A DNA stretch of 55,255 nucleotides from Prorocentrum cordatum (GCA_963575745.1 CAUYUJ010000173.1:62001-117255), one strand, 5' to 3'; positions 24,411 to 37,675 are shown, numbered from the stretch's first letter. Notes: generated from the letters alone by a model not told the origin. A program made the numbers and translations.

Positions 24411-25724
24411 AAAAAAGGAGGGAGGAGGGGAAGGACGGGGTCGGATCGGCCCTCCACGACGCAAGGGTCACGCCCTTGTCGGCCGGGTGGGTGCCAGAAC
24501 CACGGGGGCACGTCGGTCGGGGACGAAAGGGGAAAGAAGAAAAGAGGAAGAGAAGGGGGAGGGATCAGGCAGGAGGGAAAAGAAAGGCCACGGGAAGGAG
24601 GGATGAGAGGGGGACAGAGGGAGAAGAGCGAGAGGCAGAAGGAGGGAGAAGGGAGAAGCAACGAGCAGGCAGGATGAGGAGGAAAAGGAGCCGCACCAAC
24701 CAACTCTCCTCGAGGAAGGAGGACGAGGAGGAGAAGCACGAGGAGGAGGAGCACGAGGAGGAGGGATGGGGGGGGAGGGGGGAGGAGAAAGGGGGTGGGG
24801 CCGGCGGAGGAGGGAGGGCGAGAAGGTGGAGGAGACGGGGGGAAAGGAGGAGAGCACTTGGGATAGGGGAAGTGAAGGGGGGTAAAGGGGTAAGGATGGA
24901 AAGGAACGGGCTGGGTGAAACCCATCTGCCTCGATACCCCTTGAAACCATCCAGTCTAAAGCGAATATTGCGGCCTTTCGCAGCGCAGTGAGCGTCGGGC
25001 GCCGAAAAAAAAACATTCCTGAGCTCATGACGGCAGCGACCCACGTCCATCGCGGGGCCTGGCGCACGGAATCGCCACGCGCATGGGTCGAGGGCGGGAA
25101 CTGTGACAAAACCATGGCCCACCCCAAAGATTGCCCAAGACTGCCCCAGGGCGGCCCTGAACTAGTCGGAGCTAGGCCAGAGGAACATCCTTCAAGAAGA
25201 TGAAAACTTCCGCTGGCCAAAACACACACACACACACACTCACAACATCCAAGGGGAACCCGCCGCAGGGTGCACAAGAACATCCAACAAGCACGAAGAA
25301 CATTAGTGTACCCTCCCCGAACCGCCCTCGATCTCGTACATTAGTCCGACCTTAAGTCACATAACTTCGCAAGTCGCGCAACACGATGCGTTGCTCGCGG
25401 TTGTCTTCCCGCCCTGGCGCCGCTGCCCCGGAGAAGCTTGGCACCTCCCCGACGCAGGCCAGAGTGCGCGAAGCGCGTGTATCTTCGGACTCCGCGCGAG
25501 CGACATAGCTGAAAGACCCCACGATGCCGCCAAGATCGCATAGGATGGCCCAACATGGCCCCCAGGATGGCCCCAGGATGCCCCCTGGAGGGCAAAACAA
25601 ATTGCACTGAAGCAAGAGTGCTCCCAATGTCCCAGAGATGGACCGAGAGGCCCCTGAACGCACTCAAGAGGCTGCAAGATGTCCCAAGAGCCGTCCCAAT
25701 ATAGCCACAAGATCCATGTGAATA

Positions 25725-25902
25725 TCGTTTAACCGATCCCCATCCCCAGCGGCGTGACCTGGGCCTCACAAGCCGATTTCTCCCCCTAGATGGGGATATA
25801 GGTCGTTCTATTCGGGTTTCGAGGGGTCTATCCCCAACTGGGGTGGTAGTTTGGTGGGGGTCTCGAAGGGGATGGGGATGGGGATGGGGCTGGGTTAAAC
25901 GA
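25725..25902. mobile_element. MITE with TA flanks
   Basis: TA|TCGTTTAACC ... GGTTAAACGA|TA, with subterminal CATCCCC/GGGGATG repeats. Confidence 0.7.
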
Positions 25903-26702
25903 TACCGACCATCGGCCTGGGGGGCCAGCGGCAGAGGGCGCAACCTTTCAGTCTATGATGCGCCGCCACCTGCGGCCTGATCCACTGGTGTGCTTGGCAT
26001 CCTGGGCCTCTCCGACGAGTTCGCGCTGCGATTTGGATCGTACGCACCGCCGAACACGACGTCGGAGAGAGAGTGCTTCTGGTTTGCGCAGACGACGACA
26101 TCGCTTCACTGCTTTCCGCGCACCGCTCCCGTTGAGGGGGCGAGCTGTTTTCGGAGCCAGCCCGGCCACCAAGTCTTTCGCCATCCCCCTCCGGGGCCCT
26201 CGCAGATTTGTCCGTCCAGAGCGGCTCCAGTGGGAAACTCCCACACAGACGGCAATGAACGCGAAGAAGACGTTCGAAAATGGCCCAGGCAGCATCAAAG
26301 TTACCTCATGACGCCTCGAAGACGGTCCACTAGGGCCCAAAAGCGGTTCATCAGGTTTCAAAAAGACTGGGGAGGACCTCCAGAAGCGAAGAAAAAACCC
26401 AGAGAGGCCATGAGAAGAAAAATCAATGACTTGCCTTATGACAAGTGTTCGCATATTCGGGCCCACGACGGCCCGGGACATCCCCAAAGGGCCTGAAAAT
26501 CGCCCCTACACGATACAGGAAGCCTCAACAAGGACGCCAAAACAACCCAGGGAGGCCCCCAGACAGGCCAAGACCCTCACAAGACGGTCCAAGAGCCCCC
26601 TTTGTTGGTCCCAAAAAGAGGGGCACATTTGGGGGATGTCGGACTGAAGTTGGAAACCTGTCCACCAAGGACGGCACCCAAGACCCCAAACATAGCCCGC
26701 GG

Positions 26703-29050
26703 TGTGAGATATACGCTGTACATCTTGTGCTGTGCAGACCAAGACTGTAGCATAGCGAGCGTACTGTTACGTTTTGGCCCAAACCCTTCAGGGTCCTTGA
26801 GACGAGAGCGCCAGCGGTGTGAAGAAATCATCAGATGTTCTTCTGGTTGTTCATTCTTATTATTGCCATCAAAGACTTCGGGGGCTTTGATAAGCTCATA
26901 TTGGTAGCGGAACCTGGTCAGCCAGGCTCACGCTTCGACCTTCCAGATCTCGGCGGCAAGTCTCCAGATTTCGTCGCCACCTCCATAAGCTTCGACCCAG
27001 CGGCAGATCTCATAGACCGCCTGGTCAGTTTCTCGTCAGAGTCCACGTTTGATTTCACAGCCGATCTCACAGTTGATCGCACAGAAGGGGGCAGTTTCGA
27101 TTTCGTGCAGCACGCTTCGGGCAGCAACCCCTTGCAGTTTCAGTTCAGCAGGATGTCCAAGCCAATGGCGGACATGCTACTAGAGCGAGGAGTTCCACAG
27201 TTCGATGGTACGCTCAGCAAATGGAAAGAATACGAGAAGCTGGCGATGATTTTAACCGCGAAGCTCACATTGGAGAAGAAGGAGGGCGAAACAGCTCTCA
27301 TGCTCAGTGCAGGTCTCACGGGCGAAGCTTGTGACGAAGTTGAGGACCTCTCAGCAGACGAGCTCATCAAGCCCAAGGCGGCGAAGCAGCTCATGGCCAG
27401 ATTACGGAATAGTTTCAAGATGGACGACAGGACCGAGCTCGCGGATGACTTCGACTAGTATTTCTTCAAGCTCAAGCGGTACAAGGGCGAGACATTTTTC
27501 GCCTACATCTCAAGAGTGCGCGCTGCAGCTACCGGCGAAGGTCCGAGCCTGGCTCACGCTACGACGAGGAGGATACAGCGCGGACCAGAAGGCGGTCATC
27601 ATGTCGGTAGTTGGTAAGGATATCGGTTATTGAGGCGTTGGAGACAACGTTCGGGCAGGAGAGCGTCATACACGAGTCGAATCACGCACGGAAGCAGTAT
27701 TTCGTCGACGAGGACACAACAGAGTACTATGACGAGGAGTTCTATACTGGCGAGCCAGAGGACGAGCCAGACGACTACGACCAGACGTACTGGGCGGAGG
27801 ATGACGAGACCTGGTACGACTGCGACGAGAGCTACCACCAGCGCGACCCCAACACAGCGCAACAGCTCGACCCAGGCGAGTACGACGAAGTCTACGCGGC
27901 CTACGCGGACGCCAGGAAGCGGTTCAACGACCCGAAGCTAGCACGCGGTTTCTACCCGGTAGTGGCGATGGCAGGCGGAAGCTCAGGTTCGGCCGCAGCA
28001 TCAGCAGGTGGTTCACACGGACGAGGCTGGTCAAGCAGCAAAGGCACCAAGGGACGCGGCAAGTCGAAAGGAAGAAAGGGCAGCCAAAAAGGATCATCCC
28101 CTCCAGGCGCATACAGCAGACCACGACCTACGGCGTCGGACCCACTGCGAAGGGCAAGGGCAGCTACGAAGCCAGTACCAACATCAACACCATCGGCCAA
28201 CTGCCTACGATGCGGCAAGCCCGGCCACTGGGCTAGGGACTGCACCGAGCCACCCAACAAGAAGCGGGTCCACACTGACGACAGCTTGATGGTCCATGAG
28301 GTCTACTGGGACGACAAGTGTCATAGCAAGGCCAACACCGGCGCAACACCAGCAAGCAACGGAGACATGGACTGTGGAGCGACGACCCTCATGTCCGGCT
28401 CAGAGACGATCAAGGACTACGTGAGGGACTGCAGGCAGAAAGGCTATCCCATCGAGGATCTCAGGTTCTACAAGTGCCGACGGCCTTTTCGGTTCGGTAT
28501 CGGCAAGATCGAATATGCGCAGTGGTGCGGCACAATACCTGCCAGCTTCGAGCAGAAATCAGGCTCACTCTACATTTACGTGGTACCGGGACGTACACCC
28601 ATCCTATTTCCGAGGCCGTTGCTGGAAGTGTTCGGAGTTCAGGTCGACTACGCCAAGCAGACAGTTGCGTGGAACGGCGGCGAACTCGAGGCTGCAACGC
28701 TATCACCTCAAGGACACTACACGGTGGACATACTAGAGGAGCTGGACGGCAAGACGAGTCACCACGCGAACGACTTCGAGTACGAGCCCGTCGATGCAGC
28801 GCAGTTCCTGGACCCCAGCAACGAGACCATGAGCGGCATAGAGTTTCTGGACAACGCCTACCTGGCGGACTCCGGCGACCTCATACAGAAGGCTGTTCCC
28901 GACGCGTAGTACAAGTCAGTTGCTGCAAGCCCTACATGAAACAGTGGCAGTGTCAGCAGCATTCCTCATGTGGCAACCTGTGTTTCACTACGACAGCCAT
29001 TGAGCCAGTCGACACCACGCTATCAGAGCCATGCTGGTGCCTACTGTCAC
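26703..29050 (+). mobile_element. Second LTR retrotransposon, 3'-truncated (putative LTR, PBS, gag, protease)
   Basis: PBS TGGTAGCGGAACCTGGT at 26902, then gag and protease; cut off by a CCAAGA repeat. The LTR left edge is approximate because there is no second LTR. Confidence 0.8.
27153..28909 (+). pseudogene. gag (CCHC zinc knuckle) + aspartic protease
   Basis: VPQFDG..WKEY gag N-terminus; stop at 27456 and frameshifts; CLRCGKPGHWARDC (28202-28243); MDCGAT (DCG at 28370); FRFG; TPILFPRPLL. Confidence 0.85.
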
Positions 29051-29787
29051 CGACGGCCCAAGAGGCCTCCAAGACGCCCCAAATGGCCTCCAAGACAGCC
29101 CTGAAGCACCCCAAGATGGCCCCAAGACGGCCCAGAGAGGCCCCCATAACGGCTCCCGACGGCGTCACAAAGAGACCCCCAAGAAGCCCCAAAAGGTCCC
29201 CAAGAGGCCCGAGGAGGCCCCCAAGAAGCCTCCAAGAGGCCCCCAGGAAGCTCCCAGGAGGCCCCTAGAGTGCCCTAAGAGGCTCCCAAGAGGCCTCCTC
29301 CTCCTCCTCCTCCTCCTCCTCTTCCTTCTCCTACCTCTTCTGTTCCTCCCCAGGTGTTTCCCGAAGATCTTCCAGAGCGGCTGGGGGAATACATGGTCCG
29401 ACAGCTTGGCCAAGCTGGAGCCCAACGATTGGCCACAGAGGCGCTTCCCAAAAAGGCAGGGGGCGGCGGTGATTCGCCGCAGGCGTCTTCGATCCCACCA
29501 GCCCTCTGGGCGTGAGTGGTCTAGAGAGTTTCCTCTTGCATCTGCCTCTCTTCCCCTTCGGGGAGAAGTTTATCCCTCCCCCTTACCCCCTCCCCTGGAC
29601 CTGGACGGGCCGCCCCGCGAGGGGTTGGAGCGCACAAAATGGCCCAAGATGGCGGGTCAGGGGGCGAATCCCCCCCTGCGTTTTAAATGTTTGTGTTTTG
29701 AAGGGGGCGGGGCACGTCGTTTCTTTGCTGCTGGTATCGGCGCAGTATACCCGCTGTGCTTTTCCTCGGCGCTGCCTCTCCTCTCTC

Positions 29788-29827
<40 letters not shown>

Positions 29828-30049
29828 TTTCTCTCTCTCTCTCTCTCTCTTTCCTCTCCGCCGTCCTCTGCCTAAGCTTCAGCCGAAGCCTAGTCTGGCT
29901 AGTTTCAGCCTCAGGCTCAGCCTAAGCTTCAGCCACTGCCCAGCCTGAGACTCAGCCCGACTATTGCTACTACATCATCAGGGTATCGCTGCTACCACAA
30001 GACTACCACATTATGATTACTACACAATGTTACTTGTTACTGCTACTAC

Positions 30050-30057
30050 GCCTGCAA

Positions 30058-30099
<42 letters not shown>

Positions 30100-30110
30100 T
30101 ACTACCACTA

Positions 30111-30189
<79 letters not shown>

Positions 30190-31351
30190 AACTACAACTA
30201 CAACTACAACAACAACTACTACTACTGCTACTACTACGACTACTACTACTACTACTACCACTACTACTACCACTACTGCTACTACTACTATTACTACTAC
30301 TACTACTACTACTACTACTACAACTACTACCGTACGACCGTATGAGAAGGCCTCTGCCTGTCTAAAGTATCGCAATACTGTGCTACTCCCACAGCCGCCA
30401 CTGCAGTGCTACCATTAATTCTTCACCGGGGTACTTATACCGCTTCGCTATAATGCTTCTAATACAGTAGTACTACGGCCGTAGGGCGTTAGGGTACGGT
30501 TCCCGTGCTTGACCGCTCCAGTGTTGTAGTTCCACTTGTGCTACTGCCAGCATTTGAGTATTACTAGTACAGTATTAGACTACCAGTACTGCAGCACTAC
30601 TGCTACAGCGCTGTACCACAACTACTGCAGCGTCACCACTACAGCATTACAATATTAAATTGTTACAGCAGTGCTGCGATACGACGGCATTGGGGCATTC
30701 CTACTACAGTATTGCAGTGCACCCGCTGCGGGCAACCGTAGAGTACTAATCATGCTGAACTGTAGTACTGCTTATACAATGCCTCTACAACAATTGAAGA
30801 CTATCCCACAACAGTACATCACTCTTCCTACAGTACTACCACTAACGCACCGACTGCAACTACAGGACTACTACAGTGCTGCCATTTCATCCATACACGA
30901 CTACGACTGGCTTAGCATGGTATCGGGGTACCAGTAGTACAATACAAAGAGCACCACTACTGTTGTACTACTGCTACAGTGCTATACTACGACTAGGACA
31001 GCGTCACCATCTACAACACTAGAGTAGAACAAATATTGCAACCGTGCTGCGATAGTACGGCATTGGAGTATTCTCATTACAGTACTGTACTATTTTCACT
31101 GTAGGCAACGGCAGAGCATAATTCACACGAGCACTGTACTATAACATTGCTTCTACAATGCAGCTACTACATATGCACAGCACCATTCCACAAAAATAAA
31201 TCACTCTTCCTACAGCACTATCACTAAAGCATTCGGGCTCGATGATACTACTACTGGACCCACTTACTACAGCTTACTACAGTCGCGCACTACTTCTGTT
31301 ACAACACTACACCCCTGCAACACTACTACTACTACTACTACTACTACTACA

Positions 31352-31383
<32 letters not shown>

Positions 31384-31384
31384 G

Positions 31385-31421
<37 letters not shown>

Positions 31422-31434
31422 ATACTAATACTAC

Positions 31435-31490
<56 letters not shown>

Positions 31491-31497
31491 TTACTAT

Positions 31498-31558
<61 letters not shown>

Positions 31559-32413
31559 GCTACTACAGTACGGCCGTATTTGAAGGCTTCTGCATTTCGA
31601 AAGTACCGCAATACTGTGCTACTCCTACAGCCACCACTGCACTGCTACCATTAAACTCTTTACCAAGGTACTACTACGGCTTCGCTATAATGCTTCTAAT
31701 ACAATACTACTGCGGCAATGCGGTGTTAGGGTACGGTTCCCGTGATTGACCGCTCCAATGCTGGAGCTCCACCGACTGCAACTACAGGACTACTACAGCG
31801 CCGCCAATTCATCCATACACTACTACTACTGGTTTGGCGCGGTGTCGGGGTACCAGTAGTACAGTACTAGAGTACCACTACTGTTGTACTACTGCTACAG
31901 TGCTGTACTACGACTAGTACCGCATCACCATATACAGCGTTAAAATAAAACAAATATTGCAACAGTGCTGCGATCATACGGCACTGGAGTATTCGTATTG
32001 CAGTACTGTAGTATTTCCACGGCAGGCAATGGTAGAGCATAAATCACACGAGTACTGTACAATGGCATTGTTTCCGCAATGCCACTACCACAATTGTACA
32101 GCACTATTCCACAATAGTACATCACTCTTCCTACAGCACTACCACTAAAGCATTCGGGCTCGATGACACTACTACTGGACCCACGTACTACAGTCGTGCA
32201 CGATTTTACAGTGCGACCACTAAAAAAATACTGCATCCCCAGGCCGAAAGTTGTTCCTCTTGGTCTAAAACTATGAAAACATCGACGGATCCAATTGGAT
32301 CCCTTTTTCGGGTGTGGGAGAATTTCGTGGATCCTATTCTGTGTTGCGCGGATCCAATTTCCTGTATGTGAAAAATGGATCCATGTATTTCCCGGGGGTA
32401 CATATATATATAT

Positions 32414-32445
<32 letters not shown>

Positions 32446-33206
32446 ATGACGATTAACATCCGGGACCCAGGGGAAAGTGGACCCGCGGAGCACCGCAAGT
32501 GAAGAATCATGCTACATCCCCAATATCCACGGAGCTGTGAATCTGCAGACCAATTCTATGATTCTACGGGGGAAGGGGGGGTCTTCCCAGAATGAAGAGG
32601 GGAAGGATGAGGGAAAAAGGCAAGAGGAGGTGGGAGGAGAACAGAGGGGACGCAGGGGGGGAGACAGGGGGAACAATCAGGGAAGAAAGGGGGGGAGGAG
32701 GAAGGAAGAGGAGGAAGGAAGAGGAGGAGGAGGAGGAGAAGGGGATGAGGGAGGAGGGAGGGGAAGAGGAGGGAGGCGGACGGACGAAGGAGGAAGGAGG
32801 AGGAGGGAGGAGGCAGGAGAAGGAGGGGGGAAGTGGGAGGAGGAAGGGAAGGGATGAGGGAGGGCGAGGACACACAAGCAAAGTGTCCAAGTCGGAACCA
32901 CGAACGCCACAGCGGGCCGGGCCACCTCCCTTCACTTCTCCCATAACATGTGGTTGCTCGAGCGCCGCCGCGGGCCTGGCCATCTCCCGAAAATCCTCCC
33001 ACAACATAAGTTTGCTCGAACGCCACAGCGGGCCCGGCCAACTCCCGCATCTTCACCCATAACACATCTACCCCACCTCGAAGCGAGCGCGACATGTATC
33101 CGCTCACCTGAGCGGCGCGTCGCTTCCGACATGTGGGGCTCAAGAGGAAAATATTTTGGCCAGCGGAAGTCGGTTATGAGATTTACTGCAAGACGTGCCT
33201 ACTACA

Positions 33207-33244
<38 letters not shown>

Positions 33245-33245
33245 G

Positions 33246-33303
<58 letters not shown>

Positions 33304-33304
33304 G

Positions 33305-33337
<33 letters not shown>

Positions 33338-33404
33338 AACTACTACTACTACTAATACTACTACTACACTACTACGACTACGACTACTACTACTACTACT
33401 ACTA

Positions 33405-33448
<44 letters not shown>

Positions 33449-33506
33449 CACTAATATTACTACTGCTACTACTACTACGACGACTACTACGACTACTACT
33501 ACTACG

Positions 33507-33565
<59 letters not shown>

Positions 33566-33697
33566 CGGACTACTACTACTACGACTACTACTACTACGAC
33601 TACGACTACGACTACTACTACTACTACTACTACTACGACTACTACTACTACTACTACTACTACTACGACGACGACTACTACTACTACTACAACGACT

Positions 33698-33734
<37 letters not shown>

Positions 33735-33945
33735 CTACTACTACTACGAGTAGTACTCGTAGTAGTAGTAGTAGTAGTAGTAGTAGTACTGACAGTCGTA
33801 GTAGTAGCAGTAGTAGCTGTAGTAGCAGTAGCGGTAGTAGTAGTAGTGGTGGTAGTAGTGGTAGTAGTAGTAGTCGTAGTTGTAGTCGTAGTCGTAGTAG
33901 TAGTAGTAGTAGCAGTAGAAATAATAGTAGTAGTAGTAGTAGTCG

Positions 33946-33993
<48 letters not shown>

Positions 33994-34094
33994 AGCCTAC
34001 AGGCCTACTACAGTGCTGCCACACCATGAATGCAATGTTACTACGGTATGTATAGGACGCTTCAGTAGTAGAGCAGTACGATTCTTGCACTATT

Positions 34095-34131
<37 letters not shown>

Positions 34132-34135
34132 AACG

Positions 34136-34181
<46 letters not shown>

Positions 34182-34190
34182 ATACTTCTA
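30050..34190. repeat. (TAC)n microsatellite domain with a duplicated TAC-associated unit (~30330-31320 and ~31568-32220) and a (TA)n run at 32402-32445
   Basis: The two units are collinear (gtac.gccgtat...cgcaatactgtgctactcc.acagcc...gggtacggttcccgtg); the second has an internal deletion. Confidence 0.9.
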
Positions 34191-35985
34191 CTACGCTAGT
34201 CAGTGCTAAAGCGCAACGCGAGAGTATTATTATCACGTATTACTGCACTACTGTAAAACAGGACTCTAGCACTAGAGTGGCGCTACTTCAGCGCCCTCCT
34301 GCAACAGGGGGCCGTGGAAGGGGAGGAGGAGGATGCGGAGGATGCGGAGCCTCCCCTGTGTCCTCCCACAATCATGCGACGGGGGGTGGTTCAGTCGAGC
34401 CGCAATCGGGCCCCTCAGGGCTGATGGTTGCCCCAATGGCGCCCCCCCAGGAGGGGAGAGGGGGAGGGGAGGGGGTGGAACAAACAAAGAAAAACAACAA
34501 AAAATGTTATTTCTTTTTTTGTTTGGCCGCCCCCCCTTCAGGCGGTTGCAAACCTTCTCCCCTGGTCACGAATCTTATTGTGCGAGGGGTCGCACAATCG
34601 AAATCGTGACCAACGGGCGCCCCCCCCACCCTCTCACAACGGTGCCCACCCTTCCGCACGAAGCCCCAGGCGCATCCCTGGCCATGCGCCACCGACGCAC
34701 GAGAGAATAGGAAGTCCAAACGGAAACGATTCAGACAGAGCCCCACCCTCCAAAGGAAGAAAGCGAATGATGAACCCCAAAAAACGAAAAAGGAACAGCA
34801 AACCGAAAATTGTGAAATCGCAGGGGGGGATTCGCCCCCGAACCCCAAGATGGCTCCAGGAGGGCCTCAGAGAGCCCAAGATGACGCATTTCTAAGATGG
34901 CTCAAGATAGCCCAAGCTGGCTCAAGATGGCTTCCAAAATGCTCCAAGAGGGCCCAAGACCGCCCCAAGACGGCTCCAAGTGGCCACGGAGCCCCCAAAG
35001 GAGGCCCCCAAGAGGCCAAAACCCAAAGAAAATCTATGATGTTGGCCTTCCCGCCTTTTCGCTTTCGATGGCCTTTTCAGGCCTCAAGATTGCTCCAAGA
35101 GGGCCCAAGTGGGCCCCGAGAGAGGCCCAAGAGAGCCCCCATACGGCTCCAAGAGCGCCCGAGAGCGCCCCAAGACCGCCTCAAGAGGGGCCTAAGAGGC
35201 AATGTGAAGCGCTCTAGAAGGGCAATGCTAAGTGAAGCTCCCTTTTCTTTTGATCGATGTCCTCCAAGATAGCCCCAAGAGGCGCCCAGGAGGCCCCCGG
35301 GAGGCCCCCGGGAGGCCCCCAAGAGGCCCCCAAGCGGCCTCCAAGAAGCCCCCAAGAGGCTCCCAGAGGCACCCAAGACGCTCCAAGAACCCCAGACCGC
35401 CAAGAAACCCCCGAGACGCCCCCAAGAGACATCCCACGAGACTCCGAGAGGCATCAAAGAGGCCTCTGGCCTTCTGCTCGCCCTCGTCCTCCCCCTCATC
35501 TGTCTCTTCCGTCTCCTCATCCCTCCTCCTCTATTTCCTTCTTCCCTCTATTCGTTGTTTTGCTTCGTAGATCACTAGTGTACATATGCAATGCACCTCT
35601 GTCAGTCATCTACGAACCACGCACGCTGTACATACGCTCTCCCTCCGCGCTCTTGGCTGGAAGAAGTCGCGAGCGAGGCCTCACTTGGGCACTGTAAACA
35701 AGCTTGCCTATGCGACGGCGCGGGAAATGCGCAATTGTGGAGGCCTTGCAACGAACAATTCTTCAAGTTCGACGGCGAAAAAACACACACATAAACATAA
35801 ACTTTCGGAGGCCCGCGCGGATTTCTTGGATCGGCGCTGGAACCCCTTCCTGGCGCGCGGAGCGCGCCAGGGGCGGCGCCCGAGGCGCCGTTGAGGGGCC
35901 CAAGGCCGATCCAAGATATCCGCGCGGACATCCGACGGTTTAATATGTTTATGTGTTTCCTGGACGAGTGCTCTTCAGTCTGCCT

Positions 35986-37608
35986 CTAGCACCCTGCCGG
36001 ATTGTGGTAGTAGTCGCGGCACGCCCCGGCGCAGCACCACTCCCTGTCCTGGCAGTTGTCGGCGGAGAGCCAATCGCAATCGCAGCCCCCGCTGCAGCCG
36101 GAGGGATTGATGTGCGGGTACGACTCAGTCGTCAGGCTCTGCTCGAGCTGCGACTGGTTCGCAAGCAGGGCGGCCCCGGAGCAACCTGCCGGATTGTGGT
36201 AGTAGTCGCGGCACGCCCCGGCGCAGCACCACTCCCTGTCCTGGCAGTTGTCGGTGGAGAGCCAGTCGCAATCGCAGCCCCCGCTGCAGCCGGAGGGATT
36301 GATGTGCGGGTACGACTCAGCCGTCAGGCTCTGCTCGAGCTGCGACTGGTTCGCAAGCAGGGCAGCCCCAGAGCAACCTGCTGGATTGTGGTAGTAGTCG
36401 CGGCACGCCTCGGCGCAGCACCACTCCCTGTCCTGGCAGTTGTCGGTGGAAAGCCAATCGCAATCGCAGCCCCCGCTGCAGCCGGAGGGATTGATGTGCG
36501 GGTACGACTCAGCCGTCAGGCTCTGCTCGAGCTGCGACTGGTTCGCAAGCAGGGCGGCCCCGGAGCAACCTGCCGGATTGTGGTAGTAGTCGCGGCACGC
36601 CCCGGCGCAGCACCACTCCTTGTCCTGGCAGTTGTCGGTGGAGAGCCAGTCGCAATCGCAGCCCCCGCTGCAGCCGGAGGGATTGATGTGCGGGTACGAC
36701 TCAGCCGTCAGGCTCTGCTCGAGCTGCGACTGGCTCGCAAGCAGGGCGGCCCCGGAGCAACCTGCCGGATTGTGGTAGTAGTCGCGGCACGCCCCGGCGC
36801 AGCACCACTCCTTGTCCTGGCAGTTGTCGGTGGAGAGCCAGTCGCAATCGCAGCCCCCGCTGCAGCCGGAGGGATTGATGTGCGGGTACGACTCAGCCGT
36901 CAGGCTCTGCTCGAGCTGCGACTGGTTCGCAAGCAGGGCGGCCCCGGAGCAACCTGCCGGATTGTGGTAGTAGTCGCGGCACGCCCCGGCGCAGCACCAC
37001 TCCCTGTCCTGGCAGTTGTCGGTGGAGAGCCAGTCGCAATCGCAGCCCCCGCTGCAGCCGGAGGGATTGATGTGCGGGTACGACTCAGCCGTCAGGCTCT
37101 GCTCGAGCTGCGACTGGTTCGCAAGCAGGGCGGCCCCAGAGCAACCTGCCGGATTGTGGTAGTAGTCGCGGCACGCCCCGGCGCAGCACCACTCATTGTC
37201 CTGGCAGTTGTCGGTGGAGAGCCAGTCGCAATCGCAGCCCCCGCTGCAGCCGGAGGGATTGATGTGCGGGTATGACTCAGCCGTCAGGCTCTGCTCGAGC
37301 TGCGACTGCGACTGGTTCGCAAACAGGGCGGCCGCGCCGCCCCCGCACCAAGTGCCAGTGCCATAGCACTGGCTCCTATCGCCGGTCTCGAAGGTCCTGC
37401 CGTCGCTCGAGGGGCAGCTCGTGCCAGGCAAGTACTTGCGATTCCCCCATGCTGTGCCGCACTGCCCGCACTGGGCGGCGCCCAGGTTCTGTGGCCACCA
37501 GCAGCAGAACGCTTCTGCGCTGCAGTCGCTCGCCCTGCGTGGCTGCAGGAACTCGTCGGCTGCGGTCGGGGCGACGGCCAACATGCACAGGGCGGATCGG
37601 AATGCCAT
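35986..37608 (-). CDS. Putative secreted Cys-rich tandem-repeat protein (540 aa; signal-like N-terminus, unique Cys domain, 7 x 64-aa units)
   Basis: Open frame across seven 192-bp repeats; hydrophobic N-terminus; SL relic 46 nt upstream of the ATG on the same strand; stop codon immediately after the last Cys. Confidence 0.85.
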   Translation of the reverse strand: MAFRSALCMLAVAPTAADEFLQPRRASDCSAEAFCCWWPQNLGAAQCGQCGTAWGNRKYLPGTSCPSSDGRTFETGDRSQCYGTGTWCGGGAAALFANQSQSQLEQSLTAESYPHINPSGCSGGCDCDWLSTDNCQDNEWCCAGACRDYYHNPAGCSGAALLANQSQLEQSLTAESYPHINPSGCSGGCDCDWLSTDNCQDREWCCAGACRDYYHNPAGCSGAALLANQSQLEQSLTAESYPHINPSGCSGGCDCDWLSTDNCQDKEWCCAGACRDYYHNPAGCSGAALLASQSQLEQSLTAESYPHINPSGCSGGCDCDWLSTDNCQDKEWCCAGACRDYYHNPAGCSGAALLANQSQLEQSLTAESYPHINPSGCSGGCDCDWLSTDNCQDREWCCAEACRDYYHNPAGCSGAALLANQSQLEQSLTAESYPHINPSGCSGGCDCDWLSTDNCQDREWCCAGACRDYYHNPAGCSGAALLANQSQLEQSLTTESYPHINPSGCSGGCDCDWLSADNCQDREWCCAGACRDYYHNPAGC

Positions 37609-37638
37609 CGCTGTGAGCCTCTGCAGTGCCGGGCGGTG

Positions 37639-37675
37639 CGTCAGCCAATCTCGTCTGAGCCAAAATGCCTACGTA
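37639..37675 (-). other. DinoSL relic(s) upstream of the Cys-rich gene
   Basis: TACGTAGGCATTTTGGCTCAGA (18/22), followed by CGAGATTGGCTGACG (10/15, weak). Confidence 0.8.

Noticed and set aside
34893..34930. SL relics (TGGCTCAAG twice)
   Set aside because: They are subunits of the CCAAGA repeat, with no CCGTA or TTTT and no downstream gene.
35953..37275. 440-aa plus-strand repeat ORF
   Set aside because: Antisense shadow of the Cys-rich gene; the SL relic and signal-like N-terminus support the minus strand.
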